Source of the DNA: Planctomycetaceae bacterium
Lineage (GTDB): Bacteria > Planctomycetota > Phycisphaerae > Phycisphaerales > SM1A02
Assembly: GCA_027490145.1 (NCBI GenBank)
Contig: JAIXYQ010000013.1
Coordinates: 79,433-143,432, forward strand
Direction of reading: 5' to 3'
DNA: 64,000 nt
This document shows, piece after piece, positions 9,269-17,846 of the stretch. How positions within the stretch are numbered: position 1 is the first letter of the stretch; every line of letters begins with the position of its first letter. Both the position numbers and the translations under genes were made by a program. The notes beneath the pieces were generated by a model. It did not search any database, was not told the origin of the DNA, and saw only the letters and a list, made by a program, of their open reading frames with translations.

Positions 9269-9487
9269 ATGTTCGATGAAGAAGGCCTGACCGTGAAGAT
9301 GATTGCCCAGACGCTCTCGTCGAGTGAGCGTTTGGTGCTGTCGCTGCATTACGGTGAGGGGTTGACCGCAAGCGAGATCGCTGACGTCATGGAAACGCAG
9401 CCCAAGACCGTTGAGGAGGTGCTCGCCGGCGTTCGCGAGCGCATCACCGCGGCCCGACTGGCGATCCTCGATTCGATCTGCGGCTGA
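9269..9487 (+). CDS. stand-alone sigma-70 region-4-like HTH mini-protein (72 aa)
   Basis: ORF 9173..9487 trimmed to the ATG at 9269, which is preceded by GGGAGAG. The 5' part of the ORF has atypically AT-rich third codon positions. SERLVLSLHYGEGLTASEIADVMETQPKTVEEVLAGVRERI resembles sigma-70 region 4. Confidence 0.55.
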   Translation: MFDEEGLTVKMIAQTLSSSERLVLSLHYGEGLTASEIADVMETQPKTVEEVLAGVRERITAARLAILDSICG

Positions 9488-9541
9488 GTGCCTGCTCGGC
9501 GCGAAGCGCGCGGGGCGAAGGGCGCTCAGCCTCGCCCTGAT

Positions 9542-10588
9542 TCAACCCGTCCACGAACTCAGCATCGAACCGAGGTCGGCGCCGTCGACCTGGCCGCTGT
9601 CATCAATGTCACCGGTGCCGGCACCGCCCCAGTTGCTCAGGAGCAGCCCCAGGTCGGCCCCATCGACGCGGGCATTGCAATCGAGGTCAGCCGGTTGGCA
9701 TCCCGGGGCAATGGACACGTTGACCTGCAACTGGGCCGCGGTCGCGGCGCCGAGGGTCACGAGCGCATTCTCCTTGGCGTAGAAGGCCGGGAAACTTCCG
9801 CCCTGCTGCACCACGAAGCTCAGGCTGGAGATCGTGAAGAGCAGCTTGCCCGCCGAGAGGCCGTCGCGCACGTACTGCTGGATCCTGGAGTCCCCGACGT
9901 CGAGCTCAAACGTCATCCGCGTACCGGCCGGGATGAAGTCGCCCGGCTGCAGCGCTGCGCACTGGCCCACGGCGAAGGCCATGGGATCGAACCGTTGCCT
10001 CGGGTGGTTGCTGACGTCGATCGCCTGGCCGCTGCCGTTGAAGGACATGGCGTAGGCCGAGCGCACACCCGGGGCAAGGATGTTCGATCCGCTGGGCGCG
10101 AACGGCGAGAACTCCTGGAAGCTGGCTGCCGTGAAGCCGTTGCGGAAGCCCACACCGAAGAGCTCGATGCTCTGGCCAGGATCCGCGTCGGCCTGCCAGT
10201 CGGCGCTCGTCGAGGGCGCGAAGATCTGCCAGGGATCCTGCGTGGGGTCGTACTGCACGATGAGGTCGTTCGCGAACTCGACCTCCACCACCACCGCATG
10301 CACCGTCATCTCGCTGGTCGGGGTCCCGACCGGGACCTGATCACCGGTCGACCAGCCCACGATGAACTGACCATCGCGGCTGTCGAACATGGTCGGGTCG
10401 TTCGCATCCGAGCCGAAGACGCTGATCACCGGCCGCGACCCGGGCGACGTGTTGAACGGGTACATCCACCGGTCGAGCGACGGCGTCGTCCAGGCACCGT
10501 TGATCGACTGGGCGTGGACGACCGATCCGATCGGGAGCATGGCCAGGGCCATGGCGATGGTGGCGCGTGTCGTGGGTCCCTGCGGCAT
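9542..10588 (-). CDS. secreted hypothetical protein with C-terminal dockerin-like repeats
   Basis: 348-aa ORF with signal peptide MALAMLPIGSVVHAQS. The C-terminus has DLDCNARVDGADLGLLLSNWGG and DIDDSGQVDGADLGSMLSSW. Confidence 0.7.
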   Translation of the reverse strand: MPQGPTTRATIAMALAMLPIGSVVHAQSINGAWTTPSLDRWMYPFNTSPGSRPVISVFGSDANDPTMFDSRDGQFIVGWSTGDQVPVGTPTSEMTVHAVVVEVEFANDLIVQYDPTQDPWQIFAPSTSADWQADADPGQSIELFGVGFRNGFTAASFQEFSPFAPSGSNILAPGVRSAYAMSFNGSGQAIDVSNHPRQRFDPMAFAVGQCAALQPGDFIPAGTRMTFELDVGDSRIQQYVRDGLSAGKLLFTISSLSFVVQQGGSFPAFYAKENALVTLGAATAAQLQVNVSIAPGCQPADLDCNARVDGADLGLLLSNWGGAGTGDIDDSGQVDGADLGSMLSSWTG

Positions 10589-10612
10589 ACGATGGAAGCC
10601 TAGGCACGAAGC

Positions 10613-11494
10613 ATGGCGTCTCCCACGTCCCCAGCAAGTCCGCGCAACGCGAATCCCCGAGGATTCTCGCTGACCGAACTGCTCGTGGTCATCGGGCTGC
10701 TGGCCCTCATCGTGGCCTTGCTGCTGCCGGCGATCCGAACGGTGCAGGCCGTGGCTCGCAAGTCTCGCGAAGTGGCCTCGGGCCGCTCGATCTTTGCCGC
10801 GTGGACCGGCTACGCCACCGATGCACAGGGCCAGGTCATGCCGGGATTCAAGACCGGGCTGCCGGCCTGGGTGGCCAGCGGCGAGCGCATGCCGGCCGAT
10901 GCCTTCGGCGGCGGGCCGACGATCTCGGCACGCTGGCCGTGGCGGCTGGCGCCGTACCTGTCATTCGACATGCGCGGGCTCTTCCTGGGCGGCGAGGGCG
11001 AGACGTACGAGCGCCTGGTGAACGGCGATCCTGCGCAGTTCTACTACTTCACGAGCCTGTATCCGGCATTCGGCATGAACAGCGCCTTCGTCGGGGGCGA
11101 CAGCGAGCGGTACGGCTTCCTGCCCGCCACGCTGCCCAACGGCAGCGCGAATCCGCTGTCGGGCTTCTACGTGACGCGGCTGAGCTCGATCGTGAAGCCG
11201 GCGTCGCTCACGGTGTTCGCGGGTGCGCGCACGAACGCGACGGCCGATGGCACGATCGCCGAGGGCTTCTTCCGCATCGAGTCACCGTACCTTGCCGATG
11301 CAACGCCGCGGTGGGCCGCGGCCTACGACCCGCTCGATCCGGCGAGCTGCGGCAACCTGAGTGCGCGGCACGGCGACGAAGTCGTCGTCGTCAACGCGGC
11401 CGGCGGGGTCGAGTCGGTGCAGATCGATGTGATGCGCGACATGCGCCGCTGGGCCAACGGCGCCGACCGCGCCGACTGGCGCATCCTGCCGTAG
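10613..11494 (+). CDS. prepilin-type N-terminal cleavage/methylation domain protein (DUF1559-like)
   Basis: PRG|FSLTELLVVIGLLALIVALLLPA is a class III signal with a Glu at +5. The rest resembles planctomycete DUF1559-type proteins. Confidence 0.7.
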   Translation: MASPTSPASPRNANPRGFSLTELLVVIGLLALIVALLLPAIRTVQAVARKSREVASGRSIFAAWTGYATDAQGQVMPGFKTGLPAWVASGERMPADAFGGGPTISARWPWRLAPYLSFDMRGLFLGGEGETYERLVNGDPAQFYYFTSLYPAFGMNSAFVGGDSERYGFLPATLPNGSANPLSGFYVTRLSSIVKPASLTVFAGARTNATADGTIAEGFFRIESPYLADATPRWAAAYDPLDPASCGNLSARHGDEVVVVNAAGGVESVQIDVMRDMRRWANGADRADWRILP

Positions 11495-11522
11495 GTCAGG
11501 GCGTGTTCCCCGGCCATGCGGA

Positions 11523-13571
11523 TCACTCGTCCGTCCCGCGCAGCTTCGCCAGGACCGAGAAATCCTCGAGCGTGGTGGTGTCCTGGCGGACCTCGTTGCC
11601 GGCGGCGATGTCGCGCAGGAGCCGCCGCATGATCTTGCCGCTGCGGGTCTTGGGAAGCGCCTGCGTGAAGCGGATCATGTCGGGCCTGGCGATCGCGCCG
11701 ATCTCGTGGGCCACGTGCTCCTGGAGTTCCTTGCGCAGCGCATCGCCGGCGCGGTCGGCGTGGCCCGGCCCGAGCGTGACGAAGGCCGCGATGCCGGTCC
11801 CCTTGATCTCGTGCGGCATGCCGACGACCGCGGCTTCCACGACCGCCTCGTGCGCCACGAGTGCGCTCTCGACCTCCATCGTGCCGAGCCGGTGACCGGA
11901 CACGTTGATCACGTCATCGATGCGGCCCATGATCCAGAAATAGCCGCGTTCGTCGCGGCGCGCACCATCGCCGGCCACGTACATGCCGGGGACCTTCGAC
12001 CAGTAGGTGTCGATGAACCGCTGGCGATCGCCATGGATCCCGCGCAGCATGGCCGGCCAGGGCTTGCGGATCACGAGCAGGCCGCCCGCGTTGGCGGGCA
12101 GTTCCTCGCCGCGCTCGTTCACGATCGCGGCATCGATGCCGAACATCGGCAGCGTGCAGGAGCCGGGCACGGTCGGCGTGGCGCCCGGCAGCGGCGTGAT
12201 GACGTGGCCGCCGGTCTCGGTCTGCCACATCGTGTCGACGATCGGGCAGCGTTCGCCGCCGATCGTGCGGTGGTACCACATCCAGGCCTCGGGATTGATG
12301 GGCTCGCCCACGGTGCCCAGCAGCTGCAGGCTCGAGAGGTCGTGCTTGGCGGGGTGCGCATCGCCCCACTTCATGAAGGCGCGGATCGCCGTGGGCGCGG
12401 TGTAGAAGTGCGTGACCCGGTGGCGCTCGACGATCGACCAGAAGCGATCCTCGGCCGGTGCGTTGGGCGCGCCCTCGTACATGAGCGTGGGCACGCGGTT
12501 GGGCAGCAGGCCGTAGACGATGTAGCTGTGGCCGGTGATCCAACCGATGTCGGCCGTGCAGAAGTAGACCTGACCGGCGCCCGGCTGCAGGTTGAAGGTC
12601 ATGCGCGCGGTGAACGCCGTGAAGATCGAGTAGCCGGCCGTCGTGTGGCGGATGCCCTTGGGTTTTCCGGTGGATCCGCTGGTGTAGAGCAGGAAGAGCG
12701 GGTCTTCGCTGGCCATCGGTTCGCAGGGGCACTCGGCCGGCTGCGGCGTGACGAGCTCATGCCACCAGTGGTCGCGGCCGGCCTGCATCGGGACCCCGTG
12801 GCCGGTGCGGCGCAGCACGATGACGTGTTCGACCGAGGGCGAGCGCGAACACGCCTCGTCCACGTTCGCCTTGAGCGGGACGATCGATCCACGCCGCCAG
12901 GCACCGTCACAGGTCACGATGACGCGACTCCTGGCGTCGTCCACGCGGTCCACGATCGCCGAGGCCGCGAAGCCGCCGAAGATCACGCTGTGCGCGGCCC
13001 CGATGCGGGCGCACGCGAGCACGGCGATCGCGAGCTCGGGCACCATGCCCATGTAGAGCGTGACGACGTCGCCCTTGCGGACGCCGAGCGACTTCAGAGC
13101 ATTGGCCAGGCGGGCGGTCTCGTCCTGGAGTTGTCGGTAGGTGAGGTGCCGCACCGCGTGGCCGTGATGGGCGGAGCGTGTGCGGTCGCCGGCATCGAAG
13201 CCCCCGGCGTATGCGCTCGCCGCATCGGCGTTCCAGGCGGGCTCACCCTCCCAGATGATCGCGACTTCTTCGCCGTGGCCGTCGTTGACCTGGCGATCGA
13301 CGCAGTTGTGGCAGGCATTCAGCGTGCCGCCATCGAACCAGCGCGCATCGGGGCACTGCCAGTCGAGCACCGAGGTGAAGGGCGTGAACCAGTCGAAGCC
13401 GCGCGCGACTTCGCCCCAGAAGCCCGCGGGGTCCTCGATCGAGCGCTGCCACAGCGCGCGGTACTCCGCCAGGCTCGCCACGTGCGGCCGGCCGCCGACG
13501 GCGCGGATGAACGCCTCGCTCGGCGGGAAGACGCGGCTTTCGCTGAGGGCGCTGCTGATCTCCGGAGTCAT
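11523..13571 (-). CDS. acs: acetyl-CoA synthetase
   Basis: 682-aa ORF with [19 protein letters not shown]-like MWQTETGG and the C-terminal [14 protein letters not shown]. Confidence 0.92.
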   Translation of the reverse strand: MTPEISSALSESRVFPPSEAFIRAVGGRPHVASLAEYRALWQRSIEDPAGFWGEVARGFDWFTPFTSVLDWQCPDARWFDGGTLNACHNCVDRQVNDGHGEEVAIIWEGEPAWNADAASAYAGGFDAGDRTRSAHHGHAVRHLTYRQLQDETARLANALKSLGVRKGDVVTLYMGMVPELAIAVLACARIGAAHSVIFGGFAASAIVDRVDDARSRVIVTCDGAWRRGSIVPLKANVDEACSRSPSVEHVIVLRRTGHGVPMQAGRDHWWHELVTPQPAECPCEPMASEDPLFLLYTSGSTGKPKGIRHTTAGYSIFTAFTARMTFNLQPGAGQVYFCTADIGWITGHSYIVYGLLPNRVPTLMYEGAPNAPAEDRFWSIVERHRVTHFYTAPTAIRAFMKWGDAHPAKHDLSSLQLLGTVGEPINPEAWMWYHRTIGGERCPIVDTMWQTETGGHVITPLPGATPTVPGSCTLPMFGIDAAIVNERGEELPANAGGLLVIRKPWPAMLRGIHGDRQRFIDTYWSKVPGMYVAGDGARRDERGYFWIMGRIDDVINVSGHRLGTMEVESALVAHEAVVEAAVVGMPHEIKGTGIAAFVTLGPGHADRAGDALRKELQEHVAHEIGAIARPDMIRFTQALPKTRSGKIMRRLLRDIAAGNEVRQDTTTLEDFSVLAKLRGTDE

Positions 13572-13578
13572 GCGGGAG

Positions 13579-13584
13579 AGGGTA
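13579..13584 (-). promoter_or_regulatory. -10-like TACCCT, 7 nt upstream of the acs ATG
   Basis: Minus strand reads TACCCT ctcccgc ATG. Confidence 0.35.
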
Positions 13585-13640
13585 GCGGCGTAGTGCGTCC
13601 GTCCGGCGCACAGCCGCCATGGACCGCACCGCCCAGATCC

Positions 13641-16424
13641 TCAACGTGCCGCGTGGGCGCTGGCGGCTGCGAGCGCGGCATCGATCTTGGACGGATCCTT
13701 GCCGCCGGCCTGCGCGACATCGGGCTTGCCGCCGCCACCGCCTCCGCAGGCCACGGCGGCGACCTTGACCCACTCACCAGCCTTGAGGCCCTTGTCGATC
13801 CAGGCCTTCGGGCACGCCGCGACGATCGCGACCTTGCCTGCATCGTGGTCGACGCCGAGCAGCATGACGGGGCAATCGGCGAGCGAAGCCTTGGCGCAGT
13901 CGAGCGCCGCGAGCAGGGCCTGGCCGTCGCCGGACGCCAGGCGTGCCACCATCGGCCCGCCGGGATGACGCGCGATCAGTTCGCGCACCTGCGCCACGGC
14001 CTGTTCGCGCTCGACCTTCTCGTTGGCCTTGCGGCTCTCCTTCACGCGCTCCCGGAGCGCCTCGATCATCGGGGCGAGCGCCGCGCGATCCGTGGCGCCC
14101 AGGCCCAGCGATCCTTCGAGCTTCACGAGGTCGTTGACTTCCGCGGCGAGCGCGGCAGCGTCGAGCCGTGACGCTTGGGCGCAGCGCTCGACGAGCGATT
14201 GCGCGGCTGCCCGCGACGCCTTGGCGGCGGCACCGGTGAGCGCAAAGACGCGACGGACGCCGGCGGCGAGCGCGCCCTCGCTGGCCAGCACGAAGTCCAT
14301 CAGTTCCGCGGTGTTGGCCACGTGCGTGCCGCCGCAGAACTCGGTGCTCTGCATGCGCCAGGCGGCATCGCCCGGGGCCGCCAGCAAGGCATCGACCGGG
14401 GCGCCGATGCTGACCACGCGCACCGGATCCGGGTAGCGCTCGCCGAAGACCGCACGAACGCCCTGCACGGCGCGGGCCGCCTCGAGCGGTGCCGTCTGCG
14501 CATGCACGTCCAGGCCCTGGCCGATGCAGGCGCGTACGCGGTCCTCGACCTGCTTGACCTGGTCCGCGGTCAGCGCCTTGCGTGCCGCGTAGTCGAACCG
14601 CAGGCGATCCTGCGCCACGAGCGATCCGCGCTGCTCGACCTCGTCACCGGCGACCTCGCGCAGCGCAAGGTTCAGCAGGTGCGTGCCCGTGTGGTTCTGC
14701 GCCAGCGCCGCGCGTCGCTGCGCCGCGATCTGCACGCTCACGTCATCGTTCACGTGGAGCGTGCCGCCGGTGGTCCGGCCGACGTGCAGCACGTAGCCGC
14801 CCATCGACTGCGCATCGCGCACGTCGAACACGCCGTCATTCGCGCCGTGGATCGAGCCGTGGTCGCCTTCCTGGCCACCGCTCTCGGCATAGAAGGGAGT
14901 GCGGTCGAGCACGATCGCGCAGTCGGTGCTGCCGGTCGACTGCACAAACTCGCGGCCATCCCAGATCGCGCGGATGCGCGCCATCATGGGCTTGGGCGCA
15001 TACTTCGCACCGTCGTCGGTCTGCGCCACGCCGAGCGTGGTGAGCTTCGCGATCGCATCGGGCGGGAAGTGCAGGGCTTCGTCACCGCCGGCGCCACGCC
15101 GACTGGTCTCGCGGGCCTCTTCCATGAGCCGGTCGTACCCGGCCGTGTCGACGGCGAGTCCGCGTTCCTCGGCCATGACCTGCGTGAGGTCGATGGGGAA
15201 GCCCCAGGTGTCGTGCAGGCGGAACGCATCGGCCGCCGCGATGGTGTGCGGCGTGGTGGCCTTCGCGCGCTCGGCCGCCTCGCCGAAGAGCGCGAGCCCG
15301 CGGTCGAGCGTGCGGCCGAAGGTCTCTTCCTCGTCCCGGATGATGTCGGCGGCCGCGTTCCACTTGGTCGCGATCTCGGGGAAGGCCTCGCCGAGGGTCG
15401 CGGCGACGGCCGGGACGAGCCGGTGGATGAACGGGTCCTTGCGGCCGAGCGTTTGCCGGCCGTGACGCGCCGCACGGCGCAGGATGCGGCGCAGCACGTA
15501 GTTGCGCCCCTCGTTGCCGGGGCCGGCGCCATCGCAGGCGGCGACGGTCAGGCACCGCACATGGTCGGCGATCACGCGGTAGGCGATGTCGGTGTGGTCG
15601 GTGAGTGAACCTCCGTACGCACGCGCGCCGGTCTCGCTGCGGATCGCATCGAAGATGGGCGACCACAGGTCCGTGTCGTAGTTCGACCGCTTGCCCTGGA
15701 TCACGCTGACCAGGCGCTCGAGGCCCATGCCCGTGTCGACGTGCTTCGCCGGCAGCGGCTTGAGCGATCCGTCCGGTTCGCGGTTGAACTGGATGAACAC
15801 GTGGTTCCAGATCTCGAGGACATCGGGATCGCCGGAATTCACCAGCGCCGCGGCATCGCGGCCGCCGATGCGGTCGAAGTGGATTTCGCTGCATGGGCCG
15901 CAGGGGCCCTGCTCGCCCATCTCCCAGAAGTTGTCCTTCATGTTGCCCGGCAGCACGCGGTTGGGCGGGAGGAACTGGCACCACAGCGCGCGGGCTTCCT
16001 CGTCCGGCTCGAGCCCGGCCTTGGGGTTGCCGCCGAAGTAGGTGGCGTAGAGCCGATCGGCAGGCAGGCCGTACACGCGCGTGAGCAGGTCCCAGCCCCA
16101 CTCGATCGACTCCTTCTTGAAGTAGTCGCCGAAGGACCAGTTGCCGAGCATTTCGAAGAACGTGTGGTGGTAGACGTCCTTGCCCACGTCCTCGAGGTCG
16201 TTGTGCTTGCCGCCGGCGCGGATGCACTTCTGCGTGTTGACCGCACGGGTGTACGGTCGCGATCCCCGTCCGAGGAAGACATCCTTGAACTGGTTCATGC
16301 CCGCGTTGGTGAAGAGCAGCGTCGGATCGTCGTAGGGCACGACCGGGCTCGATGGGGCGAACGTGTGGCTGGCCTTCTGGACGAAGAAGTCGATGTAGGC
16401 CTTGCGGATCTCGGAGGCTCGCAT
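13641..16424 (-). CDS. alaS: alanine--tRNA ligase
   Basis: ORF 13641..17258 trimmed to MRASEIRKAYIDFF (ATG 16424). The upstream 278 codons are antisense to tpiA. FTNAGMNQFK and HHTFFEMLGNWSFGDYFK. Confidence 0.92.
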   Translation of the reverse strand: MRASEIRKAYIDFFVQKASHTFAPSSPVVPYDDPTLLFTNAGMNQFKDVFLGRGSRPYTRAVNTQKCIRAGGKHNDLEDVGKDVYHHTFFEMLGNWSFGDYFKKESIEWGWDLLTRVYGLPADRLYATYFGGNPKAGLEPDEEARALWCQFLPPNRVLPGNMKDNFWEMGEQGPCGPCSEIHFDRIGGRDAAALVNSGDPDVLEIWNHVFIQFNREPDGSLKPLPAKHVDTGMGLERLVSVIQGKRSNYDTDLWSPIFDAIRSETGARAYGGSLTDHTDIAYRVIADHVRCLTVAACDGAGPGNEGRNYVLRRILRRAARHGRQTLGRKDPFIHRLVPAVAATLGEAFPEIATKWNAAADIIRDEEETFGRTLDRGLALFGEAAERAKATTPHTIAAADAFRLHDTWGFPIDLTQVMAEERGLAVDTAGYDRLMEEARETSRRGAGGDEALHFPPDAIAKLTTLGVAQTDDGAKYAPKPMMARIRAIWDGREFVQSTGSTDCAIVLDRTPFYAESGGQEGDHGSIHGANDGVFDVRDAQSMGGYVLHVGRTTGGTLHVNDDVSVQIAAQRRAALAQNHTGTHLLNLALREVAGDEVEQRGSLVAQDRLRFDYAARKALTADQVKQVEDRVRACIGQGLDVHAQTAPLEAARAVQGVRAVFGERYPDPVRVVSIGAPVDALLAAPGDAAWRMQSTEFCGGTHVANTAELMDFVLASEGALAAGVRRVFALTGAAAKASRAAAQSLVERCAQASRLDAAALAAEVNDLVKLEGSLGLGATDRAALAPMIEALRERVKESRKANEKVEREQAVAQVRELIARHPGGPMVARLASGDGQALLAALDCAKASLADCPVMLLGVDHDAGKVAIVAACPKAWIDKGLKAGEWVKVAAVACGGGGGGKPDVAQAGGKDPSKIDAALAAASAHAAR

Positions 16425-16433
16425 GGGGGGAGG

Positions 16434-16439
16434 AGTGTA
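16434..16439 (-). promoter_or_regulatory. -10-like TACACT, 9 nt upstream of the alaS ATG
   Basis: Minus strand reads TACACT cctcccccc ATG. It forms an inverted repeat with the tpiA box. Confidence 0.35.
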
Positions 16440-16463
16440 GAAGCGGGGCGCCCGCACGCTCCG

Positions 16464-16469
16464 TACACT
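16464..16469 (+). promoter_or_regulatory. -10-like TACACT, exactly 6 nt upstream of the tpiA ATG
   Basis: TACACT cgcgcc ATG, with no SD. Confidence 0.4.
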
Positions 16470-16475
16470 CGCGCC

Positions 16476-17261
16476 ATGCGGCGTCCTTTCGTCGGCGGCA
16501 ATTGGAAGATGAACACCGGCGTTGAGTCGGGGCCTGCGCTGGCCGCAGCGACCGTGGCCGAGGTCGGCGATGCCACGCGGTGGTGTGACGTGGTCGTGTT
16601 CCCGCCGTCGTGCTTCCTGCTTCCGGTGCGATCGGCACTCGATGATGGGTCCGTCGCCCTCGGTGCTCAGGACGTCAGCAGCGAAGCCAACGGCGCCCAC
16701 ACCGGCGACATCAGCGCCGAAATGCTGAAGGAGATCGGCGTCAAGTGGGTGATTATTGGTCACTCGGAGCGTCGGCGCGATCACGGGGAGAGCGATCAGG
16801 TCGTCGCCGAGAAGCTCCAGATGGCTCTCGAGAGTGGCCTCCGAGTCGTGCTCTGCTTGGGCGAGACCCTCGATGAGCGCAAGGCCGGTCAGGCCCATCA
16901 GGTCACGGCACGACAGCTTCGCGCGGCGTGCGCATCGATCCGGGCAGAGCAGATGCATGACCTGGTCATTGCTTATGAGCCAGTGTGGGCGATCGGCACG
17001 GGCGTCAGCGCCACGCCGAACGATGCTGCCGAAGCCCATCGCATGATCCGACGGGAACTCGGGATCCTGTATTCTCCGGAACTCGCCCAAACGGTGCGCA
17101 TCATCTATGGCGGATCCTTGAACGCGGCCAATGCGGCCGCGATCCTCGCGGACCCCGGCATCGATGGTGGCCTGATCGGTGGCGCCAGCCTGAAGGCCGG
17201 CGACTTCGCGCAGGTGGTCCGGACCGCGGCGGCACGGGGGCAACCCCAAGGAAGGCATTGA
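16476..17261 (+). CDS. tpiA: triose-phosphate isomerase
   Basis: ORF 15741..17261 trimmed to MRRPFVGGNWKMN (ATG 16476). IGHSERR and AYEPVWAIGTG. Confidence 0.92.
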   Translation: MRRPFVGGNWKMNTGVESGPALAAATVAEVGDATRWCDVVVFPPSCFLLPVRSALDDGSVALGAQDVSSEANGAHTGDISAEMLKEIGVKWVIIGHSERRRDHGESDQVVAEKLQMALESGLRVVLCLGETLDERKAGQAHQVTARQLRAACASIRAEQMHDLVIAYEPVWAIGTGVSATPNDAAEAHRMIRRELGILYSPELAQTVRIIYGGSLNAANAAAILADPGIDGGLIGGASLKAGDFAQVVRTAAARGQPQGRH

Positions 17262-17264
17262 CTG

Positions 17265-17831
17265 ATGGACTGGCTCTTCGGCATCCTCCTGCTTCTCTTC
17301 ATCTTCGTGAGCATCGCCATGGTCCTCGTGATCCTGGTGCAGCGTCCGCAGGGCGGCGGCCTGTCGCAGGCCTTCGGTGGCGGTTCCGGCGGCACGGAGA
17401 GCGTGTTCGGTGGTCGCACCGGCGACGCGCTCACCGTGACCACGGTGAGTTGCTTCGTGGTGTGGCTGGTCCTCGCGCTTGGCTTGAACGCACTCTCGAA
17501 CACGCGCAAGATGGCCGCGGCGGAGCCGACGGTTCCCGAAGCCGAAGCCGCTCCCGCGACCGACACCCCGGCGAGTGCGCCGGCAACTGCGCCGGCAACT
17601 GCGCCGGCAACTGCGCCGGCAACTGCGCCGGCAACTGCGCCGGCAACTGCGCCGGCAACTGCGCCGGCAACGCTCACGCCGGTTCCTGCTCCGTCGCCCG
17701 CTGCGGCGCCTGCACCGGCTGCTGAGCCCGCGGCTGCGCCGGCTGCTGCTCCTGCACCGACTGCCGCTCCTGCCCCCGCGCCGGCTCCTGCCGCTGAACC
17801 AGCGCCGGCACCGGCGCCCGCGACCCCCTGA
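17265..17831 (+). CDS. secG: preprotein translocase subunit SecG with a roughly 110-aa Ala/Pro-rich C-terminal extension
   Basis: The N-terminal 80 aa have the SecG topology and the LVQRPQGGGLSQAFGG motif. The conserved tpiA-secG synteny supports the call. The tail is APAT x8 followed by AP-rich sequence. Confidence 0.8.
   Translation: MDWLFGILLLLFIFVSIAMVLVILVQRPQGGGLSQAFGGGSGGTESVFGGRTGDALTVTTVSCFVVWLVLALGLNALSNTRKMAAAEPTVPEAEAAPATDTPASAPATAPATAPATAPATAPATAPATAPATAPATLTPVPAPSPAAAPAPAAEPAAAPAAAPAPTAAPAPAPAPAAEPAPAPAPATP
17577..17672 (+). repeat. tandem 12-nt repeat GCGCCGGCAACT, 7 perfect copies plus 1 with a synonymous last base, encoding (APAT)8 inside secG
   Basis: Counted directly in the sequence. 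Units start at 17577, 17589, 17601 and so on up to 17661. Confidence 0.95.
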
Positions 17832-17846
17832 GCGGCGGACGATCCC

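Noticed and set aside
11523-13571. An extra roughly 25-aa segment in Acs (…[27 protein letters not shown]…) considered as a possible insertion of interest.
   Set aside because: It sits in a region that I recall as length-variable near the Acs N-terminus. I cannot assess its significance without an alignment.
13641-17258. N-terminally over-extended track ORFs taken at face value. Examples: the 1205-aa 'AlaRS' at 13641..17258, the 631-aa ORF at 20930..22825, the 742-aa ORF at 24833..27061, the 806-aa ORF at 30995..33415 and the 1426-aa ORF at 37821..42101.
   Set aside because: In each case the conserved protein begins at an internal Met. The upstream part overlaps a well-supported divergent or upstream gene. 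Trimmed starts coincide with SDs, 4-nt overlaps or -10-like boxes.
17577-17672. Tandem 12-nt repeats considered as a possible CRISPR array or satellite.
   Set aside because: The units are directly adjacent with no spacers and are only 12 nt long. They are in frame inside secG, so this is a coding microsatellite, not a CRISPR array.
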